Translations under genes and position numbers: made by a program | Notes under the pieces: generated by a model | Told to the model about the DNA's origin: nothing | Seen by the model: only the letters and a program-made list of their open reading frames with translations | The model's database searches: none | Assembly (NCBI GenBank): GCA_000934665.2 | Contig: JYFJ02002744.1 | Location: forward strand, 1 to 51,998 | DNA length: 51,998 bases | Reading direction: 5' to 3' | Source of the DNA: Catajapyx aquilonaris | Taxonomy: Eukaryota | In this document: positions 24,201 to 36,392 of the stretch, piece after piece | How the letters are laid out: each line of letters starts with the position of its first letter | How positions within the stretch are numbered: position 1 is the first letter of the stretch

Positions 24201-27200
24201 GAATAAATAAATAAGTCACTAAAAAATTTCCAAAATATAACCAAAACTAGTTTAATGTGTAAATGCATCTATGCTGCCCTATGGAAAACATATATGCTTT
24301 CCTTGGGAAGCATTGGTATTCGGAATATGTTGGTATTCCAACTTAACAGTTCGTAAATAAGAGCTCACCCGTATTCATTTCCTTAAACAGCTTGTGAAGA
24401 TTATCCATGCACTTGATGTACTTTGTGGCACTGAAAATGGCATCAAATCGTTCCTTCACTTTCTTGCCCTCATCCAAAGGCCTGAGAAATGAAAAAGACA
24501 TTTTCAAAATAGTAGCAGCACATGGATGTCAACAGACATTGGAATATTCCTTTCTGCGAAACATAAACCAAGTGTCTTACCAGTTGGATTCCTCCTGATG
24601 GCAGAATATGACACTGTCCAGAATGGCTCTTGAAACCCCCAGTGAGTTTGACATCTCCACATTGACTTCCAAGCACTTGCTGCTTATGTCCGATACCTGT
24701 ATCAAAGACAAATACGATCACCTGAAATCATGAACAGGAGCAAAAAGCAAGTTATACTGCTGCCATTTACCTCCCTCCCTGATCCTCATAACAATAATTA
24801 AAGTATTGCACATCAATATTATTATGATTTCTCTTCCCTCTGACAGTAGGAAACAACCACTACCAACATTTCAACTCATGTAGTCCATTATCAGTTTATT
24901 ACACAATTTTTAGTGCTACTCACAGTAGTCCTCATCATTATAATCACTATAATATATCATTATAATATGTGGATCATTACACAAGCACAAAAAAAAAAAA
25001 ATCACTGCCGTAGCAAACCAATTCTGGATGCAGATTGTTTACGTAATATGACCTCACCACTCCAGTGTCCATGTTGCTCCTCCTGAGTGTGGAGTCTAGG
25101 GTTCGCATGTTGCTATTAGTTCCTTTGTATGTGGCCACAATGGAACGAGTGATAATCACCTTGTCACGGCCATTACAATCATTGAAGCTGAGTTTCACCT
25201 GGGCCTTCACCTGCAAAATATGACAAGAGTTTGCCTCTGGTCAAGTACAAAATAATTTCTATTGTGCTCCTAAACTTTGATTCATTTGAATGACACTGTA
25301 TTTAAAAACATGGATGTGTTACACATCTGCATACTGCTCAGGACAAACTATTCAATTGCTCTCAAACACATCTGAACCAATAAGAGAGCCAAAAATCTGA
25401 CATCTGCAAAATTGACATCACAACTCTTTAACAATCAGCCCAAGAATTACAAACGTAGTGGATCATATAACATGCAGAGGATGGAAAGTGCCACGTTGAT
25501 TTTTTATTTATTTATTTATTTTTTAGATATACCCCGTGCTAGAGCCATGGGCTCTCTTAGGGGAGTGGATTACCACTATTGTGCAGGGACAGGGTAGGGA
25601 TAGGAGGGGGGGGACACTGGTGCATGTGCAATGTCTCAGGTTGGGGGTCGTGTGCAGCCCCTCAGGGGGCCCGTTCGCCAAGATGATTCCCTAGATGCGA
25701 GTCAGAAACTCCCCACTGACCCGCACCTCCTCCAGGGAAGGGAAAGGAAGGAAGCAGCTGTGGCCTATTTACGGTACAATCCCGGAAATTATTCATGGGG
25801 CGACCTTGGGAAACCACAGAAAACCAAGGTCAGGATCGCCGGCCTCCGGGATTCGAACCCAGGACCTCCCGATTAGCAGTCGGACACCATATCCACTACA
25901 CCACTACTGCTTCGGTGCCAAGTTGATATTTCACACATAATAAAGAGGGTATTGTAATAAGATTAAATATTTACTTACAGTTACAAGTACATATAACTGC
26001 TTGCTTGTTAGTCTATTAAATCACATACAGTTGAATCTGGATAAAACAAACTTCAAGGGACTGTGGAAAAAGTCTGTTATAGCCACTTCTAAAATGCCTA
26101 AATCCAACAAAAATACAATATTAGCTATTTTAGCTCACCAAAAAATTATGCAGGATCCAAAAAATCTGTAATTTTCTTCCGCCGTCTCCTTTTTGCCAAT
26201 TATACAGGGTGGACCAACTTCATGTGTCGTTTTATAACGGCGATTAATAGCAGTGAATTTGCGATACCGTAGCAGCGACGTGTAAAATGTCCCACTTCGG
26301 CGCCATCGAAAATATTAGCTGCCAATAGCAGCACACATGTAATCAACCCTGCTGCTGGGTTGACCTGGAAAAAAGGAGGTGCACACATGACCTGAGATGC
26401 GCCTGGGTGAAATGCCTTCTTTGCGGACTGCCGGATTGGCATTGGTGCCGCATGTGGTTGCACTCATTGCAGCAGGTTCATTACATGTACGCTAATATTG
26501 GCAGCTAATATTTTCGATGGCGCCGAAGTGGGACATTTTACACGTCGCTGCTACGTCAATCGTAAAGCGCTTCTATTAATAGCCGTTATAAAACGACACT
26601 TGAAGTTGGTCCACCCTGTATACCAGAAAAGGCATATTTTCTCTTCAAGGGGCCAAGAAATCAGGTGAAATGAGTCAGTTATATCAGGAGTGAAAATACA
26701 CAGGGCTTTACAATGGAAGTTTGCTCGGATCGGCCTTTCGAGTCTGTTATAACTGATATAGCCTGTTATACATACCCAGGAATCGCGACCGAAAGCCCAG
26801 TGTTTTCTCCGAGCTCCACAACGTGGTGTTTCATCTTTTGGGCCGCTTTTTGTTTGGCACAGCAGATGTCTCTCTCAAAAGTGGGGGAAGGCGGAGGGGG
26901 AATGGGTCAAATTTTTTCGAAAAACTGCAACTATGCTCTGAACCCAAACATAAGCTGGGAGGGTTGCTGCCCTTGATGTTATCATCCATAATCCTCTGCG
27001 GCATGTGCCACAGCCTGTTGAGAAAGTCTAGTATTTATACCCAAAACAAGTTTCCTGAAGTGACGTCTCACCACCCCTCTACTTACTTAATTTTGAGAAA
27101 TTGACAATGACATATCGCTCAAAAATATGGATCTGTTTGAGCGATATAGTAATAACTAGAGAACGGATTTCTAGGTTTTTACCTACTTTTTTGTATTTTT

Positions 27201-30200
27201 GTGTACATACAGATACAGGCAATGGCGCTAGTAATGTCACAATCAGGTGGAATTTATAACTCGTGGCGCATCATGTTGGTACCCAAAAAAACTTTCGTAT
27301 TTTGAAATTTCGGGTAAAGGAACCTGTGTATTCAAAATACGCTCGTACTTGTATTAGATCCTAATGCTACATAACCCACGTGGGAGATGATGTCGAAGAG
27401 AATGAGAGTCATTGTGGGCGGGAACTTCTGAACATGCCCATGTCAAGAGAGGGGTGAATTTATTATTAACACTAGAAAAATGTATGCAAAATATACAAGT
27501 ACACATGCCCTCTTTCGCAACAGCATATCAAACTGTGGTAACTGGGACTTTAATGATCTTACATACGGCCGCCGAAATGATAAATTTTTGCCACTTTCAA
27601 ATACCTGTAAAATCAAAAGGGCTTGAAACAACAGGATGGATATTTAAATTCATGAACTCTGACTGGGAGGGGATCCAGCCGTGGTAAAACACGGAAATTC
27701 GGGGTTGCAAGCCCTTCCGACCGATTTTTAGGTCAGAAATGGGAGAAATCTGCCTTCTTCAAGGTCAAATATCTCAAAAAGTGGTATTACGGATTCTCCT
27801 ACTAGTCCTTAGTAAAAAAACCGCGAATAAAACCATGGACTTTTCTGCCGTCCCTCCGTGAAGCGTCCGATTCCCGTGGCCGGTAAGGGCGAAAGTCGCG
27901 TGCACCCTTCCCCCCCTAACCCAGCAGGGATGGATGCAGAGCTGTACTCGACTTTCGCCCTTACGGGCTACGGGAATCGGACACGTCACGGCGGGACCTG
28001 AATGCAACCCCATAAAAATTGGCTGGGACGAGATTTTAGTACAATATCAGGAATATTACGTATTATCATGTTGCCAAAATATGAGTGTAGGGAGAAGATG
28101 TGACATTCTCTTCATCTGCGGGTTCAATAATAGGGGGAAGCGGAGTAGCACTATCACCTGATAAGAGGAAAGAGGTTAAGACCTCGGGGTTCTGGCCCTT
28201 CTGGGGATTAATACAATGTTGCAAAAGTCCTGTCCTCCCTCCCCGGTCCCCTTCTCTGCCACGCTTGCAGCGCTTACATAGAGGCCGGAATTGGTACTCG
28301 GTACTCAACAAAATGTAACAACCGCGGTGTTCGAAGGTAAAAAACAACAACAAGAAACTGACACAAAAATTATTGCTACGGCTTTCCTACATAAATTGTT
28401 ACATTTTTAGATGCTGGAAAAGCCTTCTGCGGTGCTGCTCATAACAACAGTCTTCAAATACAGCCTCTGGGTGACATAGAACAGTATATATTAATTCCGA
28501 AAATATACAGCACCCCTTTGGGAAGGTATATGGCACAACTTATCTGTTAAACTACATTATCTAATTAAAAGTTAATAACTCTAAAAAAATCTGCGTAAAA
28601 CGTAGATTGTACTTTGTCTTCCAAGATGTCAAATAACCTCTTCCCCTTGACCACAATGAACGACCAAAGACATTTTTGACAAATGGTGGTGTCACATTTG
28701 GCACAACTTTTAACCACGAAAGAAATTTTTAAAAGTCAATTTAACACTTTTACAATATTCTGCACCACCATAGAAAGATACTTTTCTTTTAAAATTTCGT
28801 AAATACCAAATATTGGCGGAGTTATTGCCAATTTAGTCCGTCCGTAGTAGCCTGAACCGGGCTCACGGTCGAGATTCCTGCTCATGATCTGGATTCAACT
28901 GAGGGCGACACGGTGGCGGAGTGGTTAGCGCCGCAGCCTTCCACCTCTAAGGTCCCGAGTTCGATCCCCGGATCGGACAGAGGATACTTATGTGGATAGA
29001 GTTTCGATGGGTTCTCTCCGTGTTCGTGTGGGTTTTCTCGGGGTTCTCCCGTTTCCTCCCACAATCAAAATCCATCACAGCGCAGGCAATGATTAAAGAC
29101 AGTTATTCAAAAGATGATCCCCTAAGGGCCGATTTCTCGAACAGTGGTTCAAATGTAAACAAGGTTCAAATCCGGTTTGATCCCAGTTCAGAGACATTTC
29201 CATTTCTCGAGGCAAAAGTAAACCCTGGATACGGTTTAAACTCGGTTCACATCTGACGGCCCGATTGCCGGCCGTTATCGGAAATAAACCGGGTTTGGAA
29301 TGCCGGGAACAACAATGAAAGTGTCATTTTTTGACTAGTTGCCGACGTTACTCTGCAAAATGGGTTTTTATGGCACTTTTCGGAGGCCAAAAAATTCCCC
29401 CCTGTGAACCATAAATAGTGCAAATCTTGGCCGGCTTGTCATAGAATGACCCAGACGCACCCGGCGACATTATTTATTTTATATCTCGGACCCTATTACG
29501 AACACAAGAATGGAAAATGCTTACCACTGAAAGGTTATGAGTAGCAGATTATACTCACAAAAGTTTTCGTACAATTCGACTCTGTGCGGGTCATCACGTC
29601 AAGGGTCACACAACTTCGTAAGATTGCGCAAAAGGGCAAAAGAGGTGCATCCGGCCTCCTTATTTATATGTTATATCTCGGACCCTAATAGTACGAGGGC
29701 AAAAATGAAACATGCACCACTGAAGGGATATGACCAGACAAAATGACACTGTAATTTTAAGCGTAGAATTTTTTGGAGGTTATCTGCGGGTTCGGCGTTA
29801 CCTTGTATAGAATATAAAGTCCCATTTTGCATGTATGTGGGACGCATAATTAGAGAAATTATCGGGTTATTGTAAACATCAGAATGGAAAAGTTCCCATT
29901 TTTGACCTCTTCATTTCTCGTGACCTATAGCGGTTATCTGGTTTGAAAAATATGTCCCTGTGACCTTGACAAAATACGATCCGAAGTGCCAAATTTCGAT
30001 TTTCTAAAAACCGAATGTCGGGTGAACATAGTTGTATGATCTCACATGGAATTACCCAAACTAGAAATAAGTTGCACGAATAAGTAGCCGCTCCCTCAAA
30101 ACTGAAACAGCGACCCGGACCGCGCGGCCACTTGCAGCCACTTGCGGCACTGCGGCCGTGACCGGTGAGCAGAGTGCTGTGAATTCCGGAACTTTGCAAA

Positions 30201-31783
30201 TCAACATTGGCAGCGCCCAGGATTACCAACACATAAACGCAGAAGCACATAAACAGTCGCGACATTACTTTTGTGGTTAATAGTACATTTACATAATTTA
30301 TTTCATTGTCAACATGTGCCTTTTAATGAGTTTATGATATGCAAAATAAGCATATTATACAGGGTGTTATTGTAACTCTGCAAAGACTTTCAGGGGTAAT
30401 AGAAGGGACCAAGACAAGTATTTTTGACATAGGAACCTGTGTCTGGTAACCCCATCGAGAGGGGGTTCATAGACAAGGAACGAGTGCGCTCAGACGGGTC
30501 ACGTGAGAGGCGCTAGGCGAGCGGACTGTGTTGTTGATAGATGGCGCGCAGTTGTTGCCAGGTTATGGCATATCGCGTCGGTGTAAGTAAACAACAACGT
30601 GATACGCCATAACCTGGCAACATCAAATCCGCTGTTGACTATCCGCACATTGGTGTTTACTATCCAAGCGCCTTCTTTCAACAAAACTGTCCGCTTGCCT
30701 AGCGCCCCCCACGTGGCACGTCTGAGCGCCCCTGTTCCTTGTCTATGAACCCCCTCTAGATGGCGTTTCCGGACACAGGTTCCTATGTCAAAAATACTTG
30801 TCTTGGTCCCCTCTATTACCCCTGAAAGTCTTTGCAGAGTTACAGTAAACACCCTGTATAGCTTTCCCAAAAGTGCAATATTGCATTCACTCATCCGGGG
30901 ACGGCTGCCCTGGGCTGCATCCTCCCCAAACTCAAGTCAAGGGAAAGGCCGGATTATGTTAACCCCCCAAAAAATCCAGGGGGCGGTTTGCCCCGGGTCT
31001 AGCCCTCCACAGATGGAGGAGCAAGTCGGCATTGCACGATCTCCGTGCATTTGGATTGACCTCTTTGCTCCTCCAATATGGGGGCTGGAACTGGGGCAGA
31101 CCGACCCCTGGATTTTTTGGGGGGTTAAGATAATCCTGCCCTTTCCTATCTTGGGGAGGATCCAACCCGGGGCAGCCCTCCCCTGGAGTGATTTGTGGGT
31201 GCTCATCAACATTTCTCATGAAGCAAACTGATTCTTTTCACTGCCTGAATCCACTAGTCGCGCTACTCATTCTCCCAGGGCTTTCCTGGAAACGCGTAGA
31301 GCAGAGTTCCAGGCACACCTCAGCTGTATTACTGGTGGCACCCGACCACGCAACAATTCGTATTAGACTTTTTCCGAGCGTCGTTTCCTCATTGCCTGCC
31401 ATTGCAGCACTCAAGAACTTACAACGCTGGCCGCTAGGTAGAGATACCTCCGCGTTTTCTGGGTGTCAATACTCGAGTTAAGTGACTTACCTCTGGAACC
31501 TTGGCTATCTTTGGATCGTGGATAAACGCGCTTCCTCTTCCAGTATTGGGAGGCATGTCTCCTGTCGTGACATACTTCAGGCACTCGATTATGGTCTGAA
31601 AATTAAATGCGTCGCATTAGATGACACACTGCAGCCCAGAGGTGCAATACGCACGGTCTTCCCGCATCCATTGTCGCCCAGGATTACAGTCATGGGTGAG
31701 AGGAAGGCCAGCTCCTGCCTGTTCACATCCCGCGGACCGAAGCTCCTGATGCCCAGGATGCTCATCTTGTCCAGGGTCGCCAT
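18285..31783 (-). CDS. RAD50: DNA repair protein RAD50
   Basis: Start [17 protein letters not shown], Walker A GDNGCGKT (exon 31783-31655), TIIECLKY (31595-31491), then a 6.3-kb intron. Further on: Q-loop [11 protein letters not shown], coiled coils, zinc hook CPLC (~21490), signature CSAGQR, Walker [13 protein letters not shown]-loop IITHD. Last exon 18318-18285; AATAAA at 18097-18102. Confidence 0.97.
25501..25916 (-). mobile_element. tRNA-derived SINE family A, copy 2 (longer body)
   Basis: A box TGGTGTAGTGG, B box GGTTCGAATCC, anticodon-like arm CCGA-CTGCTAA-TCGG, (AAAT)n tail, and TSD GCCA(C/A)GTTGAT. Confidence 0.9.
26205..26618. mobile_element. Tc1/mariner-type MITE
   Basis: ~150-bp TIR beginning CAGGGTGGACCAACTTCA, with TA TSD on both sides. 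Confidence 0.9.
27850..27997. repeat. GC-rich inverted repeat (MITE-like)
   Basis: GTCCGATTCCCGTGGCCGGTAAGGGCGAAAGTCG pairs with CGACTTTCGCCCTTACGGGCTACGGGAATCGGAC. Confidence 0.7.
28903..29125 (+). mobile_element. V-domain SINE family B, cut at the tail
   Basis: Full head and V-like domain. It stops at CCCCTAA, followed by GGGCCGATTTCTCG, which resembles a Harbinger end inserted at TAA. Confidence 0.85.
30360..30856. mobile_element. Tc1/mariner-type MITE
   Basis: ~175-bp TIR starting CAGGGTGTT, TA TSD, and an additional internal hairpin at 30555-30621. Confidence 0.9.
30887..31190. mobile_element. GC-rich foldback MITE
   Basis: ~120-bp imperfect TIR (TTAACCCCCCAAAAAATCCAGGGG / CCCCTGGATTTTTTGGGGGGTTAA). 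TSD not resolved. Confidence 0.7.
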
Positions 31784-32204
31784 CTCTCACGCTTTTTGCT
31801 GCATGAGGATGGCATGAGGAACCAAAGAAGCAACAATGTAAAGCAACAATTCAATCTGAAATGTATGGTAGCTGGTAGGGCCTCACCAAGCAGCCAGAAA
31901 TCGGTGTTGGAAGAATCCGGGCAGACTGGAGAACACACGGTGGTGGACGGAGAACAAACAAATTGGAACAAAAGCGGCCGGCGGAATCAGAAAAGAACCG
32001 TTGAAAACAAGGTGTATTGAGACACCTTGGTTGAAAAGAAGCAACACGCGCCAGTCAGTCGGCCATCTTTGATTTAGGCGCACCACTATTTCTTCATGAG
32101 GCCACCAGCTAAAAACAGCGCTTCCGATCAGCTTCAGTATATTGCCGTCATGCGGCGCTGAAATTCTAGATAGAATAAGAAAAGGTGGCGTCAACTTCGC
32201 ATTT

Positions 32205-32216
32205 GACGCCATCTTG
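32205..32216 (+). promoter_or_regulatory. YY1-type motif in the CpG-rich RAD50 promoter region
   Basis: GACGCCATCTTG ~420 bp upstream of the RAD50 ATG, with a second GCCATCTTTG at ~32062. Probable 5'UTR intron at ~31800-31886. Confidence 0.4.
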
Positions 32217-32417
32217 GGTCGAAATCGGCTGCCCGCCCGCCCTGTGCCCGCCACTATGTACCCTTTCTGCCTCGCTTTCTGTACAACTGCCCAACCCATC
32301 TGGTAGCTGTTAGACATTCTGAAAACTGACCTAGATATTTCATGTTACTATTCTGGAAGTTTCAGAATCCAGGTGGACCAACTTTGAAGACAACATGCAC
32401 GTCGAAAATATATATAT

Positions 32418-32510
32418 AGGTGGCAAAAATAAGTGCAGACTTAACTATAGTTAAGTATGTTAAAATTTACAGAATATTCCATTTAATATAGGCACTTATT
32501 TTTGCCACCT
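32418..32510. mobile_element. Small MITE
   Basis: TIR AGGTGGCAAAAATAAGTGC / GCACTTATTTTTGCCACCT. Confidence 0.65.
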
Positions 32511-32568
32511 GCATGAAAAATACCAGCAGATAATCACTTTCATATGCATATTCAGTGAAGATCAATTT

Positions 32569-32701
32569 CACTGGAAAAAAAAAATAGTTGGAGCAATTAA
32601 AAATTAGTTGCTGTAACTAGGATCTTTAGTTGCTATAGAGACAACTGACTATTATTTAGTAGCTATTTTTAGTAGCTGTAACTAAATTTTATTTTTCAGT
32701 G
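32569..32701. mobile_element. CACTG-ended (CMC/EnSpm-like) mini element
   Basis: Ends CACTGGAAAAA and TTTTTCAGTG, with repeated TAGTTGCT/TAGTAGCT subterminal motifs. Confidence 0.55.
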
Positions 32702-33189
32702 TACGCCCATAACACAACTAAAATTTCACACTGCTGCTAGGATCAGGATCATTTGTGCTCGACTATGGCCGTTTGTGCTGCTTCGGTTTCAAAGATATCG
32801 CGATTTCAATTATGGCGTTACTTATATTCAGTAAGCAGCTACTAAAACAGCAGCTTATTAGCTGTAAGTGTCAATTTCCGGTATAATATTGCAAATAGAT
32901 CGTTAAAATTGAATTCACACAGGAATATCTGAAGTAAATTGCATGTAATAATAATCGGCCCCCTCAAGAAATATCTGAAAGGTCAAAGCGTGGCAAAGGT
33001 TTGCATCGGACGCCGAGACAGAACCTAGTGACAAACTATTTGCTCGATCATAGCCCAGGGAAAGGCATATCCCAGCTTCCACGACAGTGGGATCAGTTCT
33101 GGCTCACGGCAATTTCTTCAACCTGGAACGGGTCCTATATGGAACAGCTATGTTTCCTTCAAGGACTCTCGTCACCTTGCTTTTCATTT

Positions 33190-33592
33190 GGACGCACATG
33201 ACGATTTGTCTTGGAATGCATGAAACACAACAAAACTTTCACAAACGTTTATTGCAATGTGTCAGAAAAATTATGCATATTACGACTGGAAATAGGTACT
33301 GTAACAGCTTCATGCAATAAAAATACGGTCAATACGGAACTGATACGTTCCTTCGCTTTGAAAGACATCCCAAACATGATACGTATTGAAGAGAAGAACT
33401 ACCAGCTGCGGGATATCATAGGGATTAGCCGTAGCGAAAACCATGAGATGGTGGGCCATTACGCAGCGTACTGTATAGGAGAAATCGAGAATAGATGGAT
33501 CATTTGAAAAATACCATGATATGAGTGACAAAGTGACAACAGTGAAGCCCTCTGCACAAGTTGCACCACATATTATAATCTACACGCTATAA
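33190..33592 (+). mobile_element. Frameshifted remnant resembling the C-terminus of MULE-NOF proteins (USP-like His box)
   Basis: LKDIPNMIRIEEKNYQLRDIIG...VGHYAAYC, then a +1 frameshift near 33480 to RIDGSFEKYHDM...PHIIIY*. Confidence 0.55.
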
Positions 33593-34688
33593 GGGTCTTT
33601 GTGTCTGTCATGTAGGAAAATGTTGGGAATTCTGCAAGGAACTACTATAGGGTGATTCACTAAGTATCTCTGTAAAATATTTTGAGTGAAAAATCGCTCA
33701 AAAATTGAGCAATCATGGTAATTACTCGATTTGAGTAGTTTTCAAGGGGAATGTGAGTACTACCAGGTACTACCCACTCAAATGCATTCACATTTAACTC
33801 AACGGTCGAGTGAATTATCTGGGATTATCGCTCAAAAACCTTTGCACTCCTTTAGAGTTCTTTTCCACTCAATTAGAGTTTTGGCCGCGTCAATGATACG
33901 CAAGAGGGTTAGGGTGCCGCAGTTGCTATAATTACATCCATTTTTGTTGCATTGTTTGTGTGACAAAATAGGTACAGATGTGTACTGCTTGGGAGAGTAC
34001 GGGAGTATTGTGTCAGTTGTAGTGTTAGCAAGGGAGGGACTGAGCAGCACAAATTGTAGGAAAACGTAAGCACTATTCGGCATTATCAGAGATCCGCCAT
34101 GTTTAGTCCGAGTCGGAGGTGGACAGTGTTGCGTCATTCTCGACCACTGCCCCTGTTGGCTATTGCGGACTATTGCATCATCCACCATATTTCGTGATCC
34201 GGCCTGCAATCACTTACACCATGGAAGAGCTTGGAGTAGCAGGGTTGAGGTGCTACAGTCTCGAGCCGGACCGGGATATCCCGAAAGAAGTGTTGCGAAA
34301 ACTAGCAGGTGAGTTGCATGAATTTGAAATGATGTTGGTAATGGGCATTATCATATATAGGGCAGATTGCACGCCAGCTTGGACACTTTTGACCGCTTTT
34401 GACGGCCGATATTAATATTATTGACCCTAATATAGACCTGGTGTAACTCATACAGTATGCACCGACTGGCATTCCTCCCCCCGTACCGCATGGCAAAACG
34501 CTAATTATATGCATGTTTCCCACCTGTTCAGGAAAACAAAATAAAAAATCGTTTCATTTGCCGCCGCTCGAGTTCAAGTGACCTTGTCAACAACCACATA
34601 ATATAATATTATGAACCTATCATGTTTCGTCCTCTTTTTAAGTTAGTGCACTATGCGAATTGTGACTATTGTTAACTTTCATCATTAA

Positions 34689-34818
34689 GGCCCCTAGTCT
34701 GATGACCCGGGGTAAGCTATCCCGGGGGCAATCACCATGGCAGCATATGTAAAAGGATAGCAGTAAACAACCAGTTACCCCAGGGGGCAAGCTACCCCGG
34801 GTCACCAGACTATATACC
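34689..34818. mobile_element. Harbinger-type MITE nested in the CACTA element
   Basis: TAGTCTG(A/G)TGACCCGGGGTA TIR core, GG..CC ends and TAA on both sides. Confidence 0.7.
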
Positions 34819-35820
34819 TAAAGGTCAACTGGATGAAGTAGCCTATTCTCCTCCAATCCTGTCTAACATGGAACAAATGACAAAGTACACGGAATCAACG
34901 CATGTCAGCAGGCAAAAGGAAATAGTGCAGAAATTTTGGAAAAAAATATCCCACGTGCTTGGGTTACAAAGGGATCCTTATATGGTATTCACTAATTTAT
35001 GACATAATTTTACATATTGTGCAGCATGTTGTAGATTTGTCTCTTGCAGATAGATGTGGAATTCAGCAGGCTCAACCGAGCCACAAATTGCATAATATGT
35101 GCAGAAAATGAAACCCGAGCTAATGTTGGAAGTGTGTGACATTCCTGAAGGTATTTCATTGCCTTTTATTATATGCATTCAAAAGTTACATATCTGGCTA
35201 TATGACTGCATGGTTTTTATCAGCAGGAGGAGGAATGCAAGCAGTTTTTTTTTTTTTTTTTTGCTGCTAGAGCTTTTGAAACCAAGTAAAGGAAAAGGAA
35301 AGGCAAGGGAAGGTCAAGCAAGGTTGTCAAAAGGACAGCGCTAGCGAAATATGTTCCGGTAAGTAACAAACGCAAGGAAACATAAATGTTCAAGTGGCAT
35401 ATTTTTTCCAGAAATACAGCATGATTGAACAAAATATTATTGTCTTAGCATATCAATAAGGCTCTCTAATATCAATGACTTTTTCATTTATAGGCAAAAT
35501 TTGCTTTAAAATGTCTGTAATTCATGCCATCAACCAGGTTTTATTGAATATGTATAGTAAAGGTCTAATGCGGATTATTGTTCTTCAGGTGGGTGAAAAT
35601 ATTGAAGAGGTGGCAGCCAACAAAAGTGATGGGCTGCTTCAGTCATACATTCTGATATGTGTATCAATTAAAACCCCACAGAAATACTTTTTGGTCCTGG
35701 ATCATAAATTAATGGGAGTGGGAACATCCTTTCTGAGGTCATTATTGGACCTATTAATCAAAATGCACCACATCTTCAACATAAACTCGTATGATGAAAA
35801 CTTAATCCTTTTTCGATTTT

Positions 35821-36392
35821 CTTGAACAGTACTATTGTGGGATTTATGATATGGAAATGAGGCCCAGGGCTACCCATGAATAGTTATTTGGTTGCATAAA
35901 ATAATGATCTGAACATTTAATAAGTCTTGAATAAGTGTTTAATTAAGGATGTTCCCACTTCCATTCATTTATGATCCAGTTGGGTATTGTCACATTTATG
36001 TTACTTATAATTTGATTCCTTTTTTAAAATTATCTTGAATACTATTGTGGTCTTTGATAGGGAAAGGAGCCCCAGGGCTACTCATGAACAGTTATTTGGT
36101 TGTATAAATAATGTGAACATTTAATAAGTATTATTGTCACATTTATGTTACCGGTACTTATAATTTGATTAATTGTTTGACTTCCTTGAACAGTACTATT
36201 GTGGTCTTTGATATATGAAAGACCACAATGTAGTACTCTTCAAGAAAGTAAAAAAAATTTATCAAATTATAAAATCCATGTTTTTGACTTTCTTGAACAA
36301 TACTATTGTGGTCTTTGATACGGAAAGGAGCCCCAGGGCTCATGAAGAGTTATTTGGTTGTATAAATGTAAATAATATGAACATTTAATAAA
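35821..36392 (+). repeat. Imperfect tandem repeats at the 3' end of the CACTA ORF2 remnant
   Basis: CTTGAACA.TACTATTGTGG occurs four times and CCCCAGGGCT..CATGAA.AGTTATTTGGTTG..AACATTTAATAA three times. Confidence 0.8.

Larger units (their letters stand above)
26029..28901. mobile_element. pogo/Tigger-like non-autonomous element with nested insertions
   Basis: Ends TA-CAGTTGAATCTGGAT and ATCTGGATTCAACTG. Related copies at ~37700-37850 and ~39336-41824 (inverted). Internal boundaries are approximate. Confidence 0.55.

Noticed and set aside
25850..25916. tRNA gene calls for SINE heads (also ~17950, 28903, 37923, 41280)
   Set aside because: No proper acceptor stem. Each head is followed by a SINE body and tail, and most have TSDs.
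34695..34812. CTGATGA followed by a stem, as a possible hammerhead ribozyme
   Set aside because: No properly placed GAAA or stems I/III. The pairing is explained by MITE TIRs with a TAA TSD.
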